A stretch of DNA of 63,322 bases, filler included, from Aduncisulcus paluster (GCA_024181965.1; 31 parts of 31 records of this genome joined end to end with filler, not necessarily neighbours in it), one strand, 5' to 3'. Shown: positions 12,174 to 23,195, counted from the whole stretch's first letter. Numbers and translations are program-made. The notes: generated from the letters alone by a model not told the origin.

Positions 12174-12530
12174 AATGATACGATGAGAAAAAGGTGGATC
12201 AGACGAGATTTCGACAATCTCTTTGTCAAGTTTGGTAGTGTTGATTGTGAGGAGCATATCACATTTTGTGATGACATGAATGAACCTCAAGGGTTTCTAA
12301 ATTTTAGATTTTATGCCCAAAATACAGCTGAATTCAATTATGATGGTCCTGAATGATACTGGTTGTATGTATCCCGTTATTCAATGGCATATGCAAGACC
12401 CTGGAGATGAGAAATCGTCATTACTATCCATTTCGAAGAAGAGATTGAAGAAGAGAATGTTTATGGTGATGTCGGCGGATATTTTGAAATGGATTTGTTG
12501 TATTGGTGTTTGATTTGGTTCTATTGCTGA
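12174..12530 (+). pseudogene. 3' end of a lineage-specific gene with two in-frame TGA
   Basis: One frame from the contig edge with TGA at 12354 and 12408 and a final TGA at 12528. Confidence 0.4.
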
Positions 12531-12609
12531 AATTTATCTCAAAAAATCTCATATTTTCAATGAAACCTTTTAATACCTTTTAATTTTGATGAATTTAGAA
12601 AAGTGAAAT

Positions 12610-12634
12610 CTATTTTTAGAATTTCTTTTTTTAG
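12610..12634 (-). promoter_or_regulatory. Tandem MEF2-like box dimer (one copy has a mismatch)
   Basis: CTATTTTTAG and CTTTTTTTAG 15 bp apart; same dimer at 16732, 32004 and 41713. Confidence 0.55.
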
Positions 12635-13143
12635 AATATGAGATTTTTTTATCTGTTTATTCTCTTCTAATTAGTTGTTTTTATTGATTAATTTGGATTA
12701 AATGAGAAGAAATACTGGATAACTTTGATTTCTTTCACATATTTCAGTTTTGACTGTCCATGCGCGTGTTCCAAATGGTTTGCAAATAAATAAAAGCTCC
12801 TAATTGAGTAATTTGTAATGTTTTCTTTATAATAAAGCTTTATGGTTTCTAAGCATTGTAATACTACAAAGTTGGTCATGAGGAGATGATGAGGATGGGA
12901 TACTCATGTTACAAAGCGATCGATACAAGTTAATCCCAGAATCAGATGAAAGTTGGATTCAACTTCATATTTGTTTATTACCGGTGTTTAAACTCTTATA
13001 TTTAATAAAATAATCCAGTGAATATCGATTGATTCACCACAATCACATCACGAAGAATGTATGACATGCAGATTATCGTTGACAACAGATGGATATCTAT
13101 TCCTTTCAGAATATTTCTCCATGACACACAATTAATTAATTAA

Positions 13144-13739
13144 TTAATCAAATTCTTCTTCAATCGTCGGTCCCTGTGAAGAACCCGAGGATGGTGTTCC
13201 AGACATTCCACATCCCATGCCACCCTGTGGAGAGCATCCTGGGGCAGCACACCCTGGTTGGTGCTGATACATCCTCATGACGATCGGCTGGCTCTTGTCT
13301 TGGAACTCCTTCAACTTGGCATCATACTCGTCCTTTGTGGCATCAGGGTGATCATCAAGCCAGTTCGAGTACTCCACAACGAGATCATCAACAGCCACCT
13401 TGTCCTCGGAAGACACCTTCGCTCCAGCCTCGCTCATCGTGTTTCGAAGCCCATACACAGTTGATTCAAGCGAGTGTCGAGAGTCTACCTTGGCCTTCAT
13501 GGCATCATCCTCAGCCTTGAACTTGTCAGCCTCGTCAACCATGCGTCTGATCTCATCGTCTGACAATCGTCCTTTGCTCTGCTTGATGGTGATGGAGTTG
13601 GCCTTGCCTGTCCCGGTGTCCTTGGCAGAGACGGTCAGAATCCCATTTGCGTCCAGATTGAATGTCACCTCGATCTTTGGGACTCCTCGTGGGGCTGGTG
13701 GAATCCCATGGAGATTGAAGTCTCCGAGCTTGTTGTTAT
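13144..13739 (-). CDS. HSP70: Cytosolic Hsp70, C-terminal part
   Basis: [36 protein letters not shown], tail GPTIEEEFD. Confidence 0.97.
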
Positions 13740-13839
13740 NNNNNNNNNNNNNNNNNNNNNNNNNNNNNNNNNNNNNNNNNNNNTTAATTAATTAANNNNN
13801 NNNNNNNNNNNNNNNNNNNNNNNNNNNNNNNNNNNNNNN

Positions 13840-14296
13840 TTTCAGGCTTTTCGGATGCGTCTTTCCAGTCAAGCTGGAAGAGCTGCCCTTCAAGCAAAGC
13901 CTTGCGTATGGCTATCATTTCCGGTGAATTGTGCATGCTTGACACAAAAACAGTTAAATCGCCCTTGTGACGATGGCTGAACTTCTTGATATATTCTTCG
14001 GCTGCTTTATAAGTGAAATGGGCATTTACAAATTCCCATTTGTCTTGAAAGCCTGTTTTTTGAAGGTATCCTTTTTCTTCTGCGTCTGCTTCGGAGATAC
14101 CCATTTTTTCAAGGTCGACTTCTTCACAACCGTTCTCTATATCAATCCAGACTGTTTCGCCGTGTTCGGTGAAGAGAGGGTCAAAACCATGAGTCCTGTT
14201 CTTTTCTTGAACGGTGTAGAGAGGATGCGCACAGAAAAGGTTATCTTGAGTTCGCAATTCTTCGCGGATTTCGGCGAGATCGAGAGTTTTAGACAT
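13840..14296 (-). CDS. Phage Ead/Ea22-like protein, 3'-partial
   Basis: LRTQDN...PLYTVQ, WEFVNAHFT..AAEEYI, NSPEMIAIRKALL resemble lambdoid Ead-type proteins; SD GAGGTGA; start overlaps the upstream stop. Confidence 0.7.
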
Positions 14297-14546
14297 TACC
14301 ACTCACCTCATCCGCACACTCAGCGCAAATATAAACGCCGCTTTCGTGGTCCATCTCGTAACCGTCTTCCGAGAAAATCGGCATTCCGCAACCCTCACAA
14401 TTGCCGAGGTATTCGCCGCGTTCAGGGGCTTCGGCGTGGGTGAGGATGAGACCGGCTTTCTCGTTGGCGCGGATTACGCCTTTAATATCGAATACGTCTA
14501 CTTCGTCAGTGATTGTTTCGGTAAAAGACAAAACTATTCTACTCAT
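14289..14546 (-). CDS. Phage small zinc-finger protein (85 aa)
   Basis: CEGC...CAEC; AGGAGG 7 nt before ATG; overlaps neighbours. Confidence 0.75.
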   Translation of the reverse strand: MSRIVLSFTETITDEVDVFDIKGVIRANEKAGLILTHAEAPERGEYLGNCEGCGMPIFSEDGYEMDHESGVYICAECADEVSGNV

Positions 14547-14766
14547 TGTCAGCCTCCTGAATCTCGAACGATTCAACAGAAAAATCTTTAGAAGTAAGCA
14601 AATCGCCGAGGTGAATAAAATCAGCCTGTGATTCAGGTGAATCGAACACACCTACGCTGGATCTACTCATTGAAAATTCAATTGTACGAGTTTGAGCCGG
14701 AATATTAATCACGGCCTTAACCTTGACCGAATCATCGAACAGACCAGACGACTCTTCACTAATCAT
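14539..14766 (-). CDS. Phage hypothetical protein (75 aa, MISEESS...)
   Basis: GGAGG ~9 nt before ATG; start overlaps the previous gene end. Confidence 0.65.
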   Translation of the reverse strand: MISEESSGLFDDSVKVKAVINIPAQTRTIEFSMSRSSVGVFDSPESQADFIHLGDLLTSKDFSVESFEIQEADNE

Positions 14767-15232
14767 CGCAACTAACCTCCCCATCACATTCCCCCTGAAG
14801 AAAATGCGGCAGATCAGAACAGGAATGGTTCTCGCCACGAGTAGACCACACCGCATCATGCGAAACAGTTTCGAGAAAGGACTCAGGCCAAGATACATAT
14901 TCATAAGAAAATGGCTCATAAGCTTCATTCTCCCAGTCATATTCAGGGCCGATAGCATGCATAGTCTTTCGTGCAGTAATAACCACAATGACGATTTCGC
15001 CCGGCGAATCAGGCGTCAAACCATAGGACTTAGCCTTCTTCTTTACTTCTGCGAGAGTGCACTCAAAATCATCAAAAAAATTCTCACCCCTCTCGTAACC
15101 GAGTTCGACCACGTAACGGTCGTTATAGAAAAAGTAGGGAACGACTTCGTACAAATTGATGTCGTGCAATTCTACAGTCTTGCCTTCTCTCTCTACTTTC
15201 CGAATATCAATCAAACGTTCTTCACTAATCAT
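14759..15232 (-). CDS. Phage hypothetical acidic protein (157 aa)
   Basis: Complete ORF in a tightly coupled same-strand cluster, flanked by 21-bp direct repeats. Confidence 0.7.
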   Translation of the reverse strand: MISEERLIDIRKVEREGKTVELHDINLYEVVPYFFYNDRYVVELGYERGENFFDDFECTLAEVKKKAKSYGLTPDSPGEIVIVVITARKTMHAIGPEYDWENEAYEPFSYEYVSWPESFLETVSHDAVWSTRGENHSCSDLPHFLQGECDGEVSCDD

Positions 15233-15805
15233 CGCAACTNNNNNNNNNNNNNNNNNNNNNNNNNNNNNNNNNNNNNNNNNNNNTTAATTAATTAANNNNN
15301 NNNNNNNNNNNNNNNNNNNNNNNNNNNNNNNNNNNNNNNATACCAAACCTGACACGATCCTATAAATTTCCTTGGACACTACTCTTCTCCCTTGAATCAG
15401 ATTTGGAATCTATCAACGTCTGAGTGACTGGATGGCAAGTAGACTACTTGAAGTAGTCAGAAACAGAAAATGCATAAGAAGCAGCTGAAATATTTGTTTA
15501 AACATCAATACTGTTCCAATTGTTGATAGGGGATTATTTGGGATTCCTAGTGTAATAAATGGAGTATTTGGTTCGGTTTTCTGGGATCTTCGGGCTAATG
15601 ATCACACTAGAAGGACTATGTTGAGAGTAGTAGAAGTAATAGCACTATCACTTGACGATAATACATTTTAACCTGGATTTGGTCGAGAATACATTCATCT
15701 GTCACGCAAAAAAAGAAAGATGTGCCAACAGTGTTTGTTGTCAAAGTTTGATCACATTCACCCGTACCAAGTTAATATCCCCGTTGTATAATATTAGTAA
15801 TAGAA

Positions 15806-16525
15806 ATGTCATATCCATATGAAAAGGTGATTATGTTCCGAGATCCAATTTCTCTTCAGCCTGTTGATATTCTTTCAGGCATTGATGCCCTCCCAAAGGA
15901 AGATCATATAAGGTCAAACCATTCCAAAGTTAAATTTTCAAAGGATCTTTTGCCAAAAATAGCACAGATGATCGTTGAAATACCTGAAGGGCATGATATG
16001 AAATATGAAATCTCAAAACATCCTCTCAAAAAAGGAACAATTCAAATTGATCGAAATAAGGATGGGTCGTTACGTATTCTTGATATTCCAACTCCTGCGC
16101 ATTATGGGGCCGTTCCAAACACGAAGATGAGTGGTGATTTCCGTGGATATAAAGGGGATGATGATCCGCTTGATATTTTTGATATCGCTCCTAAATCCCA
16201 TTCTGAAAGACATATAGGAGACATGTATCCAGTTGTGGTTCTTGGCGCTATTCCCTTTGTGGACCGTGGAGAAGCCGACTTCAAGTTACTCTCTGCTCCA
16301 TTGTCATTTCCTCCTGTTGCGTCTGGAGATCTTGAAACTTTAGCTTCGTTAAAGAGAATGGATCCTTCACTTATCCCAAAATTAAAACAATGGCTCACTT
16401 CGTATAAAAAATCTCAATATGGTGATTCTTATGGTTCTTTCTCTGGTCAGGATCTTGATGAGAAAGAAGCTCTTCAGTTGATTAAAGATACACTAATCTC
16501 AAAAGGTACTGGAAAAAGGAAATAA
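15806..16525 (+). CDS. ppa: Family I soluble inorganic pyrophosphatase
   Basis: VEIP..KYEI, YGAVPNT, GDDDPLD, LGAIPFVDRGEADFK. Confidence 0.95.
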   Translation: MSYPYEKVIMFRDPISLQPVDILSGIDALPKEDHIRSNHSKVKFSKDLLPKIAQMIVEIPEGHDMKYEISKHPLKKGTIQIDRNKDGSLRILDIPTPAHYGAVPNTKMSGDFRGYKGDDDPLDIFDIAPKSHSERHIGDMYPVVVLGAIPFVDRGEADFKLLSAPLSFPPVASGDLETLASLKRMDPSLIPKLKQWLTSYKKSQYGDSYGSFSGQDLDEKEALQLIKDTLISKGTGKRK

Positions 16526-16731
16526 TTGTTGGAATATCTTTTGTCGAAAAATTTACATTTCAAAAATGGTATTCTTCAAAATTTTGTTTCGCTATATTGT
16601 TCAAATTACAAAAAACAACTCCCCTTGAACATATCTTGTTAGTTTTCTATTTATACAGTGTTTTTGAAAATTTTAAAAAATGATATTATTGAATATTTGT
16701 CGATTTTTAGACATTTGAGTTTTCTTGATTT

Positions 16732-16756
16732 CTAAAAATAGAATTTCTAAAAATAG
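16732..16756 (+). promoter_or_regulatory. Tandem MEF2-like box dimer
   Basis: (TTTCTAAAAATAGAA)x2. Confidence 0.6.
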
Positions 16757-17946
16757 AAAATGTCAATGTTTGTTTTCATTCATTATCGCTGATAACACAA
16801 ATATGTGACAAAATTTAAGGTTCTTTCGTCTCGGTTTGTTGAATATTTTTGCAACGATATTCTTTTATTCTCAGCAGATTCATTGTTAAGAAGTAAACCT
16901 TCCTGGTGATACCAGTTATAACTTTACCAATCTTTTCCAAATTAAACAACGAAGTCAGTAATCTGGATATTTCTGTCGATCTATCTGAGGGGGGGGTTAA
17001 AATTAACTAACGTGAAAGTCCTTACCGCCCGAATGTACTGTATTTGAGAAAACAATTGAAAGTTGTGGTGTTTAAGAGTCTCTAAAAGAGAATACAATTC
17101 TTTAAGCTAGCTTTTGACCAGAGACTTGAGTCTCAAGTCTTGAGATAAATTAATGATCAGATCATTGATGCAGAGTCTGCATGGATGGCAAGTTCTGCCG
17201 AACTGAGTATGAGCTTCAAGCTTTTAAAGGGAGTTGCAATGATTATTCACCTCATTATGGCGTCATTATAGAGAAACTGGATCTGCAATAACCAGTCAGC
17301 TCCAGATAGAGCAAATCTACCGATATCGCATAAAGAATAAATAGATAAGATCGTAAAACATCGATGAAATATAATAGCACCATATTTTTGTGAAAGATTA
17401 ATCTCACAGACCTTGTAGAAAGATGAAATTGAATCTGTCACAGATTGAGATAATTTGTGTCAATAGCAGGTTAGATATCCATATTAATTCAATATGAAGG
17501 ATTAAAAATTATTTCATGCCGAAAAAAAACATCAGAGAAATCCTCCAAAGATATTGATTGCTGACAAAATCGTTTGAAAGTTTCGATTTCAGATTTCGTT
17601 CGTTTTGTCCGACACTTCCCTCAGAAATCTTCTTTATCCTCCACTCTTTGAGAATATTTTGCTTGGGGTGGCCATAATAGTATGTGTTTGTGCGAGATAT
17701 TGATGGTTTTGCATCGTCATTATTTCTCAAGGGGAATATGATGAATTCAAAACAATATTTATCAACATTTATATTGCACTTTTATAAAACATCTCTATTA
17801 TAATGAATATCATTTCAATTATCTTTTCTTATATCCCTGTCTCTTCTTTTATTTCTTCGAAATCAAACTCCGATTCGACCCCAAAGGAACTAGTAATAAT
17901 AATAATAATCGATTCAAACCAAAAACAATTCAATATAGTTAAATCA

Positions 17947-18864
17947 ATGTCTCAACTCCATCAACCTCAAGTTTCCCAAATTCCTCAGAAAGCTCACGCT
18001 CAGCTTAAAGCTTTGATAGAATCTATCAAACAATCACCAAATTCATCCGACTTAAAATGCATCTATGAAGAAAATATTCCCCATCTAAAGACAATTTTCA
18101 AAGATTTTACAAGCCCTCAGTCTTCAACTTCCATCTCTTCCCTCCGATCAAATCGAGATCTTTTCACACTGTGGTTCGAGTGTTTGTTGCTATTTATAAA
18201 ACATAAAGCCATTGAAGTCTATCGGCTGAAGGAATTCTTTGAGGATTATCTCGATCCAATTCTGAGAGTTGAAGCCGTTTTAAGAGAGGGTGCTTCTGAA
18301 GAAGAAGAAGAAGAAGAAGTGGGAGAAGAAGAAGCGGGAGAACCAGGAGTGAGTTCAATCACAATGACATTATTCATGATTCTAAACGTTTCTATTCTCA
18401 ACTGCAATTCTCTTTGCATCACTATATATCCTCGAATATCCCCTCTTCTCTCACAGATATTGACAAGTGGACAATCTCAGGTATTCAGTGAGTTGTTCAT
18501 CGAAACTCTCCTTGGAACAATCACATCGTTGGCACTTTCACAAAATGATTCCACCAAGAACTCCCTTTTGTCGCTTCTTCTCCCTCATATCTTGCCATGG
18601 ATGGAGAAGTATCCAGACAAGAAGTTCTTCTTATTATGGGTAAACATCTTGAAGAACATCACTTTTGATAAGGATAACATCAACCCTCATAAAGACCGTT
18701 GTTCACGACTTTGGTTTGTATTCCATCCTGTCTTGGATGTTGTGAAGGATATTGACATTCCACTTGATGAAGATTATGAAACAGATCTCTGTTCACTTGA
18801 TGTTGATATTCTAATATCATGCATTTCATTCTTTTCTCATTTGTGTTGCATCCCTTCCCAAGCC
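17947..18864 (+). CDS. Lineage-expanded helical (ARM-like) protein, 3'-partial
   Basis: Leu-rich helical ORF with poly-E and CSRLWFVFHPVLDVVK; first ATG after a low-complexity leader at 17947. Confidence 0.7.
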
Positions 18865-19944
18865 NNNNNNNNNNNNNNNNNNNNNNNNNNNNNNNNNNNN
18901 NNNNNNNNTTAATTAATTAANNNNNNNNNNNNNNNNNNNNNNNNNNNNNNNNNNNNNNNNNNNNACAGGGGGGACCCCCACGGATGGGGGTAAAAGGGGG
19001 GAAATTTACTCATAGATAGGAGATTGGTGAAGTCAAGAATAAAAAGAATAGACTTCATAGGACCAGACCCAGTTCTAGTTCTCTTCTTATGATTCAAGGA
19101 GAAGGGAAAGGCTTGGATTCGGCAAAACAAAGGAAAGATCACGAATCAAGAATCATCATCCAAGAATAAGATGATGCGACACACAGATTGGGGAATAAGA
19201 ACAGCATTGATGTTATTGATGTTATTGATGTGTTATTCGAGATTCAAATGAGTTAAGCGAGGGGCAGTTATGTCAATTTGTCAATTATTTTCAGAGACAA
19301 TGGTGGAAACCAGGATCAACAATCAGAAGCAGAGAGTTGGGTGTTTTTTGTTTGTAGCAGTATTTTATGGAGTAGTATGGCAAATATCAAACGTTTAAGT
19401 TCAGTTTTATGACAATAAAAAGAACAATAACGTGTCAAAAGGTTCGAGAGCCAAACACAGATATCATTGACACAATAACAAGCAGTAGAGAGAATAATAC
19501 CATGAACTTCGAATTGCAATGAGTTTAAGCTACATTTTTATCATGATACTCGAGGAATATCGGGGAAAATATTCTTAAGACATTGTACAATGAAGATGTT
19601 ATGAATGACACAGTATAAATAGGGGAATCAAATCAATAAAAACATGCCATTTGCTCCACAAAATGTTTTTGACACGGAATTCGATATTTTATCATGTTTT
19701 ATACTCTTGTTCTCATCGATAAAAAATTCATCTCAAGAAAGGGCATAAAATATCATATTTCGATGTTTGGGAGTTAATATTTCAGTTAGAAACAATCAGG
19801 AACAATGCATTTGGTGGGAATCACTTTCAGTTAAATTGTATATCGAACAAAATTATGTTGATGAAACTGAATCATTGGATAAAGCTTTAATTTTGCTGGG
19901 ATCGAAGATTTCATTGATTAAAAAAGATTAAATTGATATTACAT

Positions 19945-20076
19945 GTATTTTTATTGCTATATTATCTCTTATAGGCCCAGGAATGGAAATACAAAAACTC
20001 TGCACTTGTGCGAAAAGAAATGAATAAAAACTCCCTTTTGATAAGTAAATTTTTGATATATAATTTTTTCTTTCAG
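19945..20076 (+). other. Two candidate mini-introns (19945-19974, 30 nt; 20045-20076, 32 nt) in a decayed gene
   Basis: GTA...TAG and GTAAAT...TTTCAG, very AT-rich; flanking exons contain stops. Confidence 0.35.
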
Positions 20077-20327
20077 AAAAATTTCAGGTTTTGGTTTAAA
20101 ACAGAAGCGTGAAAACAGAGGTCTCCAGACACGTCATACAGGCAGTCTGGGATCGGTTTCCAAAGTCTTCATTTCATAATCCTTGAGACAGCTTAGCTCT
20201 CTGCGACATAATGCACATCTGAGGCNNNNNNNNNNNNNNNNNNNNNNNNNNNNNNNNNNNNNNNNNNNNTTAATTAATTAANNNNNNNNNNNNNNNNNNN
20301 NNNNNNNNNNNNNNNNNNNNNNNNNCC

Positions 20328-20795
20328 ATGTTTCTTGCTACAATAGCCAATGACGCAAAAGAAGATACAAATAAGCTTTCTATCTGCATATATGTATACT
20401 ATTTGCATTGTTTTATCCATTCAAAGAGAAAAGCCTCAAAAGAGCTTATTGCTTCGGAAGGTAGGATTAAAAAGGGCATTAAACCATGGAAACAATGGCC
20501 CTATGATATGTTTCCTTCTCCATCCATTATTGAGTTTTTCAGTGATAATTTCTGTGAATCTGGTGAATTAACGCGCAGTATGGCCACCAAAGGGAGAATA
20601 TGGCTTGCTGCTTCACTCTTACATCTTCTTGACTTCTCTGTACCTGTGGACGAGGCTGCTTCTCTCATGTGCTGCAAGGAGGTACAGGCTAGGTCATATT
20701 TTACCATGTTAGGATGTTCTGGGGGGAAAAAGATGCATCTCAAGGTCCCATTAAAGTTCCCAACAGCAAGCGCCTCAAGAGGACAACGTAAATAA
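20328..20795 (+). CDS. RPA49: RNA polymerase I subunit RPA49, C-terminal part (probable 33-nt in-frame intron 20394-20426)
   Basis: LLHLLDFSV...RSYFTMLGC...LKVPLKFP matches the A49 tandem winged-helix end. Confidence 0.8.
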   Translation: MFLATIANDAKEDTNKLSICIYVYYLHCFIHSKRKASKELIASEGRIKKGIKPWKQWPYDMFPSPSIIEFFSDNFCESGELTRSMATKGRIWLAASLLHLLDFSVPVDEAASLMCCKEVQARSYFTMLGCSGGKKMHLKVPLKFPTASASRGQRK

Positions 20796-21044
20796 AATCT
20801 TCCAAATTAAATTTTTATTTTTTAAAGGACTTGGAGGGAGAATATAACGATAAAATATATTTATTTAGAATTATTTGGAGTTGGATTATATATTTTTTTG
20901 TTATTAAGTTCTATTTTTGAAGTAAAATACAACATAGAAATTTTCTCCTTAAGGTCCCAAGTTATGCATAAAATAATTCTTTATTGTGATATTGGAATAT
21001 ATTTAATATATTTTTCTGATATTTAATATGAATAATGACAAAAA

Positions 21045-22208
21045 TCATAATATTTGTCCTAATTGGATCATCAAATTTGCCATATAGTCATATATTCTGT
21101 CCTGGAGAACTTCACGTACATCTTTCTCACTGACAAACAGGATTCCATCGGCATCCTCAAGCTTTATCAAGAAGGTTTTCAATATATATTTGTGATTAGA
21201 GATTGTCATCTTCTTCAGACGGCGCACGTTCAAAAACTGTTTTTTCATCTTTCTGCCTGCAACAAAACAATGGGCTTCAATTTCGTCCTCTACTCCAATA
21301 ATAGATGAATGGAGGTCTACACTCAACTTATCCGAGCCCTCATCCATCGCCTGGGTTGCTGTCTTCTCAGTGGATTGAGCATGGGTGTGGGTCAAGGCTG
21401 AGGAGGAGGAGGAGGAAGGGGCATGACGTTTCATGGGACTCGGGGAGGAGAACATGTCCGAAATATCGGCACCATCGAAACCAGCATGTTTGTCGGGCAT
21501 CTTCTGGGCTCGATCAAACATCCCAAAGATGTCATCTTCTTGGTCACCAGAGGTTTCTTCTTGGGGCTTGGAGGATACGGCATCAGATGCTTGCGAGACG
21601 GGGGGGTTCGGCGCTTTCTCGTCTTTCGCAGGTTGGACCTCACGCACAGCACCAACATCGGTATTCGAGGTCAGCACAGACTCATAGATATCTTCAGAGG
21701 GTTTGGAGGATTTGGATTGTTCGGGTGCATTGGATATCTTGGATGGCTTAAGTTCATTGGGTTCCTTGGGTTCATTGGGTTCGGTGGAGTCGGTGGACGC
21801 AGCTTTCGGGGTCTCGGCGAGTTCTTCTGATACATTCGCTTCTTCTTCTTCTTTCTCTTCATGTTCGGTTGGAGTGGCAGCAGCTTTCTCACCAGATTCT
21901 TCCTCGTCCTTGGATTCTTCATTGGGCTCGGAGGTTGTTTCTGCTTCTTTCGTTTCCTTATCTTCTTTGGAGTCTTTTGATTCGTTTTCTTTCTCTTCTT
22001 CTTCTTCTTCTTCCTTCTCTTCCTTCTCTTCCTTCTCTTTCTCTTCTTTATCAGCCAACTCCGCAAGACGACTCGAGGAACGACGCTTGCCAACAATAGA
22101 CGGACTCTTACGGGGCTTCTTCGCACTCGCAAGCTTGGACTCATACTCCTTGATGATGGACTCATCAAAGATATCGGTCTCATCGACCCATGTATTCTCA
22201 GTGTCGGG
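21045..22208 (-). CDS. HP1/Swi6-like protein: chromodomain end, charged hinge, chromo-shadow-like domain (5'-partial)
   Basis: Frame is open to the contig edge: ENTWVDETDIFDESIIKEYE, then KKPRKS/KRRSS, then IIG...FLIKLEDADGILFVSEKDVRE...IYDYMANL. Confidence 0.65.
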   Translation of the reverse strand, partial: PDTENTWVDETDIFDESIIKEYESKLASAKKPRKSPSIVGKRRSSSRLAELADKEEKEKEEKEEKEEEEEEEKENESKDSKEDKETKEAETTSEPNEESKDEEESGEKAAATPTEHEEKEEEEANVSEELAETPKAASTDSTEPNEPKEPNELKPSKISNAPEQSKSSKPSEDIYESVLTSNTDVGAVREVQPAKDEKAPNPPVSQASDAVSSKPQEETSGDQEDDIFGMFDRAQKMPDKHAGFDGADISDMFSSPSPMKRHAPSSSSSSALTHTHAQSTEKTATQAMDEGSDKLSVDLHSSIIGVEDEIEAHCFVAGRKMKKQFLNVRRLKKMTISNHKYILKTFLIKLEDADGILFVSEKDVREVLQDRIYDYMANLMIQLGQIL

Positions 22209-22438
22209 NNNNNNNNNNNNNNNNNNNNNNNNNNNNNNNNNNNNNNNNNNNNTTAATTAATTAANNNNNNNNNNNNNNNNNNNNNNNNNNNNNNNNNNNN
22301 NNNNNNNNAAAAAAGAAATGTCGTCTTCTTTCCCGGCCGTGTCCGCTTCACTTCTTATGCGATCTTTCAGTCTCCGATTCCGTAAACCTCCCAAAAATAA
22401 ACGTCCGACTGTATCATCATTTCCAAAGTCAGGGTTCG

Positions 22439-22535
22439 TGTTACCGTAATGCAATTTATTGTAAACGAAACGGAATAAACGGTCTAAAAATAGAAATGAG
22501 AATAAAACGATAAAGCTGAATGATACACCATAACA
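22439..22535 (-). repeat. 97-bp 3' LTR
   Basis: TGTTA...TAACA termini after PPT AAGAAAGGGAAG (22536-22547); homologous end to end with the LTR at 35789-35895. Confidence 0.85.
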
Positions 22536-23195
22536 CTTCCCTTTCTTAAATCGAGTGTTTATCACGAGTTAACAGGTCTTTTCCTCAACCTTTGTTCATC
22601 CGGACTGAGATCTACTACGGCGCTCCAAGAGTCGTTTATATCCGTTATATGATCTGTTTCTTCGATTTTATGGTCCAAAAATCATTTTTCAAAAATTCCA
22701 AAAACTTAGACGAATTTCAAAATTTTCAAAAATATTTGGTCGTGTAAGAGGCCAACTACCTAACTCCTCGACGGAAGATTTTTATCGGACAAAATTTTAT
22801 CCATAATTATATCTTATTGTTTAATGAAGAAATATTATATTAAACCTTTGTTCGTAATTAGTTCTTTCCTTTTCATGATCGATTTTCCGTATCTCGGGAG
22901 TCTTTGAAGCTAGAACGAATTTAATATCGAAATTAACACCTCCAATAAGATTGTTTTCCAAATAAACTATAATTTGTGTGATATTAAATCTTTTATCAGA
23001 TTTCTGATCCGACCATTGGTTTTGTCTCCAGCTCGACTATAAAATCTGTTTTCATCAGATTTTTCTGAACTCTAAGCTTTCTTTAGGTCAACTGTTAATC
23101 AATATATTATTGTTATTGCTTATGTTTTCGACATATTTAATCTCTACTCCTACTCTTTCATTTGAGCTCCTTTCTCCGGGTTTCATGTAATTTGT

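Noticed and set aside
12174..12530. TGA recoding (Trp or Sec)
   Set aside because: TGG encodes Trp in all conserved genes and TGA ends several genes; a pseudogene is simpler
18965..19002. G-rich run as a G-quadruplex or telomere
   Set aside because: Only three long G-tracts, a competing C-run, no tandem unit, and it sits at a contig edge
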